A DNA stretch of 64,000 bases from Eledone cirrhosa (taxonomy: Eukaryota). Both the position numbers and the translations under genes were made by a program. A model generated the notes under the pieces. The model was not told where the DNA came from and did no database searches. It saw only the letters and a list, made by a program, of their open reading frames with translations. The DNA is taken from NCBI GenBank assembly GCA_964016885.1, contig OZ024745.1, forward strand, positions 121,582,001 to 121,646,000, read 5' to 3'. Of the stretch, positions 34,201-64,000 are shown piece by piece (positions within the stretch are counted from its first letter, which is position 1; each line of letters begins with the position of its first letter).

Positions 34201-37200
34201 AGTTAACCTAAGGCTAAAGGAGAAAACACTTAGCCAAGGTGTATCGCAGTTGGATTGAAATTGGAACCTTGTAGGTGCAAAGTGAAGTTGTTAATCATAA
34301 AACCATTTCATCATCATCACCATTTTACGTCCATTCTTCCACGCTAGCATGGGTTAGACGGTTTGTTCTTTTGTGGGAGTGTCCAGTCAGCTGACCTTGT
34401 CTTGCTCATACAGGAACTGATTCTGGCTTGATTTCTACAGCTGGATGCCCTTCCTAACACCAACCTCATTTACAGTGAGTGCTGGGTGATTTTTTTTCCG
34501 TGGCGCCTACACGTCCACTTTACAGTGTGGGCTGGGTGCTTTTTTGCCGTGGCACCTCCACGACCACTTTGCAGTGGGGTGTGGGTGGGGGCATATTGTC
34601 TATATGCTTCAGCTTTGGCTTATTCCTGTGGGAAGTCGGGTCTTCTGTATTACTGCGTGGCGCCAGAGGTCACGGTCATGTGTCATCACCTCATCCCAGG
34701 TCATCTTGGGTCTCCCCACTCCACGGCTTCCATCGACTTCTAGTGCTCTGCACCTTTTTATGCAACTATCATCCTTCATATGCATCACATTTCTGCATTC
34801 ATATTTAAAAAAAAGTCAATTATTCTACTAGCTGGAAAGCAATTGATGGAAAATGAATTACTCAATGAAGTCTGTTGGCTGGATGGAATTAAATTTGTGG
34901 ACAGGTTCACAGGCTGTAGTTTGTTAATGCATAATCTAATCCATGTTAACAAGTAAATATAATTATTGAAAATAATTCTTTTCATTACAGCTCCTCTATC
35001 CTTTAGGGGAAAAGAGTCCAATTGGAAACTTCTTACAGAAAAACAAGAATGGTGGAATGCATCATATTTGTATTGAGGTATTTCCTTTTCCCTTTTTGTT
35101 GTATTTTATTTCATTCATTTTAATAAGCGTCTGACCCATGCCAATGTGGACAAATTGACGTTAAACGATAATGACGATGATGATGAAGTATGATATTTTA
35201 AAAGCTCATTCAAACATAGTTATGTGGGTAAGCCTGTTACTGTATCCATCTGTTCACATACGATATTACACAATATTACATAATATTACATTACACAATA
35301 TTACATTACATAACCCACATCATTTCATAATGTATTACACAATACATTACACAATATATTGCATGATACATTACACAATATTACATAATATTACATGACT
35401 AGCAAAAGAGCCCGTTGTTGCCGGGCATACCTTTTGCCACTGTATATAAAGATCCCCTCTGTCATCAACAGGGCCATCTTTAAATAGCCCCAGAACTCTG
35501 CTATTTTAAGGGAGAGCAAGATTTAAACTATATGTTTACATGCTCCAGTGGCTAAATAACTTATGTATCAAATTTGAACAAAATTGGATGGAAACTGTGG
35601 AAATGCATCGCCTGCATACAGACAGACAGACAGACATTTTTGTTTTTATATATATAGACGTTTATAATGCCATAAATATTACTGAAGAATATGGTCATGA
35701 ATCTAGGGTCCTGACCACCGCGAATACAAGCAGCCGAAATGGGGTTCCCCTGAAGGGTGTTAGGAGTAACATTACTCGATAGAGTGTGTAGCTTGGAGAT
35801 CAGAAGGTCACTCCAGGTAGAGCCGCTACTTCTCTGAATAGAGAGATCGTAACTCCGATATTATGGGGATACGATTAGAATGTCTCAGGAAAGAATTGCT
35901 GGACAGATTTTACAGGCAGGAGATCCAGGGATAAACCCCGAGCAAGATGGTTGGATAACATCCATAAGCTTGGCTGGTCTCGCTTGGGGATCCAGCCGGA
36001 TCAGTTGGAGGCAGTTGTTTCGGACAGGACCTGGTGGAAGGAGTTTTTGAGGACTCTACCCCCACGGCTCTCTCGGGAATAAGTGGGCGAAGAAGGAGGA
36101 GGTGAGGGTTTGTTTTAAATGTTTTGACTTTCTAGAAAAGTAAAGCTCACTTTGAAATACTGCCCATATGTATGGGGCAATGGGACCGTACTTTCACTGC
36201 TACAGACAGACGTCTTAGTCTGCATCCAAAAGAAATCCATTTGCCTGATTATCAAGGATTCACTCATCAATACACAACCTCTGGCTCACACACAAATTCC
36301 CATCTAGCTATATTCTCTTGTTCCAATCACAACCATGCAATTTTGAGTTTGATCCCATTGCATGGCACCTTAGGGGCAAGTATGTTCTACTATATCCTCA
36401 GGCTGACCAATATCAGTTGGTGAATATGGTAGATAGAAGCTGTATTGAAGCCCATCATATATAGAGAAAAGACCCCCTTCAGTCATCAATAACCATCGGC
36501 TTTGCTCCTAGAAAGTTCTCCGAGGCACAAAGTCTGGGCAAGGTGTTTTGTGGAAGACCAGCAGTTGTCCATACATACCAGTCTCTCCTCTCCACACCAC
36601 CAATGTTGTCCAGAAGGCAAAGGCTGATGCAGCTTGGCACCAGTGGCGTCACAACTCATTTCTACAACCAAGAAACTGGAGCAGCATGAAATAAAGTGTC
36701 TTGCTGAAGGACTCAATTCATCACCTGGTCTGGGAATTGAACTCACGACCTGATGATTGTAAACCTGCTCTAACCACTAAGCCATGTGCCTTCATTATAT
36801 ACATCTATACATATGACAAAATACCAAATGCTTTAACTGGATGGAGCCTGTGGAAGAGGAAAACCCAAGGAGCATGGGACAAAGTTGTGAAGAATGACCT
36901 TAAGAAACTGAACATCACAAAGGAGATGACATAAGACCGAGACGATATGCCATAATACAAAATACCTGTCATCCTTTACAAGCACTGTGACACTAAAAGT
37001 AAATGTAGTGAGTAACCAGAGGCTATAGTGAAGGCGCATGGCTTAGTGGTTAGAGCATTGGGCTTGCAATTCTCGGACTGGGTGATGTGTTGTTTCCTTG
37101 AGCAAGACACTTTATTTCACATTGCTCCAGTTTACTCAGCTGTAGAAATGAGATGATAGGACTGGGGTCCCTATCATTAAATTACCTAAGACACCTCCAA

Positions 37201-37769
37201 TGAGATATACCTTGGAGGAGGCCAGCTAAACTTGCATAAGTGCGAACTGTTAAAAAAAAAAAAAAAAGTGGACGTTAAATGATGATGATGATGATAATTC
37301 AGGTTCTTTTCTTGGTGCAGTTGTCTATTATCTTATTAGTGCCTTTAACCCTTTACCATTTACATTACCCTATATATATACTATCGTATTTTTGTGGTAA
37401 AAGCGTTATTTCACATTATTAGCTCACATAGTGTTGAATCTATGAGATTTTCATGTTATTTATTTTGAAAACAATACCTTAATGTCAGTATGAGCAGCCA
37501 GTTATAGCCAGTTTGAACAGAAAGAGGTGAGAGAATTCTAGCTGGATATGACCGGTTTAAATGCTAAAGGGTTAAAAGTATTTCTGACCAGATTTTATTT
37601 AAAACTATCTTTTCAGGTTGATGACATTGAAAAAACTATTAAAGACTTGCGTTCCAAAAATATCCGTTTGCTCAGTGAAAAAGCTAAAATTGGAGCCCAT
37701 GGGAAACCTGTGATATTTGCTCATCCAAAGGATTGTGATGGTGTACTTGTTGAGTTTGAACAGTCTTGA
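28199..37769 (+). CDS. MCEE: Methylmalonyl-CoA epimerase, mitochondrial; join(28199..28240,31411..31461,31561..31668,33264..33323,34991..35077,37617..37769), 166 aa
   Basis: MALTKQVLQRCLSM/NFNVPYRYFQKSSIQMK/DWKIGKLNHIAIAVTDLKKAAALYKDVLGAKVSGKM/DLPEHGVSTVFVELGETKIE/LLYPLGEKSPIGNFLQKNKNGGMHHICIE/VDDIEKTIKDLRSKNIRLLSEKAKIGAHGKPVIFAHPKDCDGVLVEFEQS*; VOC-fold metal ligands H/E/H/E; basic presequence without acidic residues; GT-AG introns. Confidence 0.95.
29688..29847 (-). mobile_element. SINE family A (5'-truncated)
   Basis: Matches the family A consensus. Confidence 0.8.
29860..30615 (-). mobile_element. CRE-type non-LTR retrotransposon 3' fragment
   Basis: HSLSC zinc-knuckle remnant, [49 protein letters not shown] (restriction-like endonuclease). 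Confidence 0.82.
31043..31248 (-). mobile_element. SINE family A variant
   Basis: tRNA-like head plus GGATGAAAGGCAAAG core. Confidence 0.75.
31411..31461 (+). CDS. MCEE: MCEE exon 2
   Basis: tttccag|AAC..AAG|gtattg, 17 codons, phase 0/0. Confidence 0.75.
31561..31668 (+). CDS. MCEE: MCEE exon 3
   Basis: ttgcag|GAT TGG..ATG|gtgagt; WKIGKLNHIAIAV. Confidence 0.95.
31683..31910 (-). mobile_element. 3' end of an RTE (Expander/Rex3-like) LINE
   Basis: Reverse-complement homolog of 35875-36095 (RMSQERIPGQILRAKPTGRRPRGRPRA). Confidence 0.7.
31958..32186. mobile_element. piggyBac-type TTAA MITE, complete
   Basis: TTAA|CCCTTTAGCATTTA ... TAAATGCTAAAGAG|TTAA. Confidence 0.88.
32462..33190. repeat. 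28-bp minisatellite, ~26 copies, in MCEE intron 3
   Basis: Unit ATGTAGTCTGTAGTAATA(G/A)TGTCTAACT; no unique spacers. Confidence 0.95.
33264..33323 (+). CDS. MCEE: MCEE exon 4
   Basis: tttcag|GAC..GAG|gtatat; LPEHGVSTVFVELGETKIE. Confidence 0.95.
34308..34800 (-). mobile_element. RTE family 2, 3' end with extended module and (GAT)n tail
   Basis: Reverse complement closely matches 57460-57965. Confidence 0.85.
34991..35077 (+). CDS. MCEE: MCEE exon 5
   Basis: ttacag|CTC..GAG|gtattt; SPIGNFLQKNKNGGMHHICIE. Confidence 0.95.
35399..35658 (-). mobile_element. Non-autonomous Helitron
   Basis: Minus strand: TC start, (GTCT)n, subterminal hairpin GCCCG-GCAACAA-CGGGC, CTAG|T end; related ends at ~49219 and 63125-63480. 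Confidence 0.75.
35685..36105 (+). mobile_element. RTE (Expander/Rex3-like) LINE 3' fragment
   Basis: YGHES.VLT..RIQAAEMGF..RVLGVTLLDRV..EIRRSLQVEPLLL. Confidence 0.75.
36470..36793 (-). mobile_element. SINE family B (related + copy at 37030-37294)
   Basis: Reverse complement of GAAGGCACATGGCTTAGTGGTTAGAGC..GAGTTCAATTCCCAGACC..AGCAAGACACTTTATTTCA. Confidence 0.75.
37617..37769 (+). CDS. MCEE: MCEE exon 6
   Basis: tttcag|GTT GAT..TCT TGA; IGAHGKPVIFAHPKDCDGVLVEFEQ. Confidence 0.96.
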   Translation, partial: VDDIEKTIKDLRSKNIRLLSEKAKIGAHGKPVIFAHPKDCDGVLVEFEQS

Positions 37770-37865
37770 ACTCATCTGGTAATAATAGACTAAACACAGA
37801 CTCAAATATTTTTAGATATGTTGGCTATTTGTATATATGGACAAAATTGAGAAAATATGGTTGCA

Positions 37866-37871
37866 AATAAA
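37866..37871 (+). terminator. Candidate MCEE polyadenylation signal
   Basis: AATAAA ~100 bp after the stop, with a T/GT-rich region downstream. Confidence 0.55.
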
Positions 37872-38888
37872 TACCTATAAATTCATTGCTGTTATTTTTT
37901 CAAATGTATTTATATTTTCTTGTATTAACCCGTAACTCTATGTGTCAAAGCATTGTATCGGTAGAGGGTTGGATGCCATGCTTTGACGCATAGAGTTACG
38001 GCCTTTGCCATTCTGAGTTCAAATCCCGCTGAGGGTAATTGGTAGCCTTGTGCCAAAAGTAGAAACAATTATCTTGTATTAACCCTTTAGCATTTAAACC
38101 GGCCACTCATACTGATGTTGAGGTATTGTTCTCAAAATAAATAACATCGAAATCTCGTAGATTCGATATTATGTGAGATAAAGCCTTTACCACGAAAATG
38201 CAATAGTATATATAATGTAAATGGTTCATGCAACAGATAGTCAATTGCTTAAATTTTCCCTGTATATCTATTAATAGATGATATGCTGTGTTTAGATTAG
38301 TTTAGAGTAGATACACTATATCCCTATATGTCATGAGAAATGACTAAGAGGGTTAGTGTCAGGTAAGGCTGTAAAATATTGCCTCAATAAACCCCGTCGA
38401 ACATATGCCAGGATAGAAAAATGGAGGTAAAAAATATAATGACGATGTCTCGTTATCTTCATTCGGGTGGTGGATTGGCAGTATCAGTAGAGCGTCACAC
38501 ACCATGTTTTGCAGTATAGAACTATGGCCCTTTACGTTCTGAGTTCAAATCCTGCCGAGCTTAGCTTTGCCTTTCATCCTTACAGGGTTGATAAAATAAT
38601 GAACCAAAAAGAAATACAAATGTGTTTTTAATTTTATTTATTTTTATTCCACAAACAAAAAGTATATTTATTGATTTATTAGAAAACAACTATATTGTGT
38701 ACAATTGTAAAACTATATTCATAACAACATGGTATATATATATATATATATATATATAACTTATTGCATTAGTTCAGTTTTCATATCTTTTTGTCTGAGA
38801 AAGAGCATTAAGAATACAAGTAGTTTTGTAAGTATGTATGTGGTTAATTTCTATTATGAGAGACTATTATAGTCTGGTATTTTGCTAA

Positions 38889-62530
<23,642 letters not shown>

Positions 62531-64000
62531 CTCAACTAAATGGTGTGAAAGAAACTAAATGGTTTGAAGAAAAGAAACCGCAGTGGCTTATAACACCGGG
62601 AAGATCAAAGTCTATGTTCGTAGATACTAATGACAGCTCCTCTCAGATAAGTGATCTTTTATGTTTCACTCACCATGATTTTATACTTCTGCCCTACTCT
62701 CTCCTCTTTTCTGATCACCCAACTCAAACAAAACATAGACTAGCAGAAATAACGCCTACCAAGAGTATTTTTTGTTTGTTTGTGTAAGTTTGTGTGTGTG
62801 TTTCGTAACGTATACAGTTGTCCTCTGGCATTCGCGAGAGTTACGTTCCTAGAAAACCCCCGAAGAGTGAAAAACCGAGAATATTGGACGGGGTCCATAA
62901 AAATGCCTATAAACGTCAAAACACAAAGTAAAGTATCGGTCAGAAAATACTGTCCTATCAAGATTCTGTGTCACGCTGAATTTCCCTGAGAATTACATTA
63001 AGTGTTGTGGAATGCTCAGCCACTTGCATGTTAATTTCACGAGTAGGCTTTTCCGTTGATCAGATCAACTGGAACGCTCGTCGTTGTAACTGATGGAATA
63101 CCAGTTATGTTATATATATATATACTAGCAGAATGGCCCGGCGTTACCCGGGATTTGCTCTAGTGTTCTTATATATTTGATATATATTTATCCTTATTGA
63201 GCCTCGTGAAATAAATACGTTTATTTATATTTTGTTATTGTGTATGCAAAAATATCTGTACACGAATATATAATTATATCTATATCTATATATCTAAAAC
63301 AGAGAATGTCTGTCTGTCTGTCTGTCAACTCACTAAAACTTGAGAACCACCCAACCGATTGTTTTCAAACTTTACACATATAATAGTTATGGTCCTGTGA
63401 GTGTTTAGAGCAAAAAATATTTCAAATTTTTCAAAGCCCTAGGGACCGCATTAGGCGATTTAGCGATCTCTCTCTATAATTCTTAGTCTTTCTTTTTAGA
63501 TAGATACATAGATATAACGTTGCGCCCTTATAATTGTTTCTACTTTTGGCACAAGGCCAGAAATTACTCAGTGTATTACTGGTACTTTATTTTATCGACC
63601 CCGTAAGGATGAAAGGCAAAGTTAACCTCGGCGGGATTTGAACTCAGATTGTGCCCTTATAATATCTGTCTGTATGTCTGGCTGTCTGCATTACGTCATT
63701 ATGACGCGATCAGTGTGTGTGTGTATATATGTATCGTAATGCAGATAGCAAGACATATAGCTTTCCTCCCTCTTCCAGCCTCTCTCTCTCTTTCCCGCTA
63801 TCCCCCTCTTTTAGTCTGTCTGTTTCTTTCACTCTCACTCTTTCTCTTTATAACTCACTCACATTAATACTAAAGGGTTAAGGTATTGTTCTCAAAATAA
63901 ATAATATTAAATCTGAGATTTTTATATTATATGAGATAAAGCCTTTACCATGAAAATAATATAGTATATATAGAGTAATGTAAATGCTAAAGGGTTAATT

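Overview
AT-rich, repeat-dense animal genomic DNA. The (GAT)n-tailed RTE LINEs, tRNA-derived SINEs and long (TA)n tracts suggest a coleoid cephalopod such as octopus (inference). Three spliced host genes can be rebuilt with GT-AG introns and consistent phases: the last four coding exons of eIF3J (+, 5694-10092), a complete 6-exon methylmalonyl-CoA epimerase (MCEE, +, 28199-37769, 166 aa), and a complete 6-exon EPHX3/4-like epoxide hydrolase (-, 62530-38889, 346 aa) converging on MCEE. The rest is a nested transposon landscape: a decayed Gypsy element (17537-27182) holding a near-complete RTE LINE and other insertions, a second LTR-element remnant, solo LTRs, CRE-type LINE fragments, a Tigger/pogo element and its MITEs, piggyBac-type TTAA MITEs, small Helitrons, SINEs and satellites. 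Leads worth testing: (1) the Gypsy element has no tRNA primer-binding site, and its post-LTR sequence is complementary to its own LTR, which suggests self-priming; (2) at least eight minimal type-I hammerhead ribozyme motifs, several inside long perfect palindromes, mostly in EPHX intron 1; (3) a C4HC3 PHD finger inside the RTE reverse transcriptase; (4) a covarying pseudoknot module in the RTE 5' UTR that recurs in tandem downstream of the ORF in a second RTE family; (5) a CpG-decay contrast between gene-body and promoter/intergenic copies of the same repeats.
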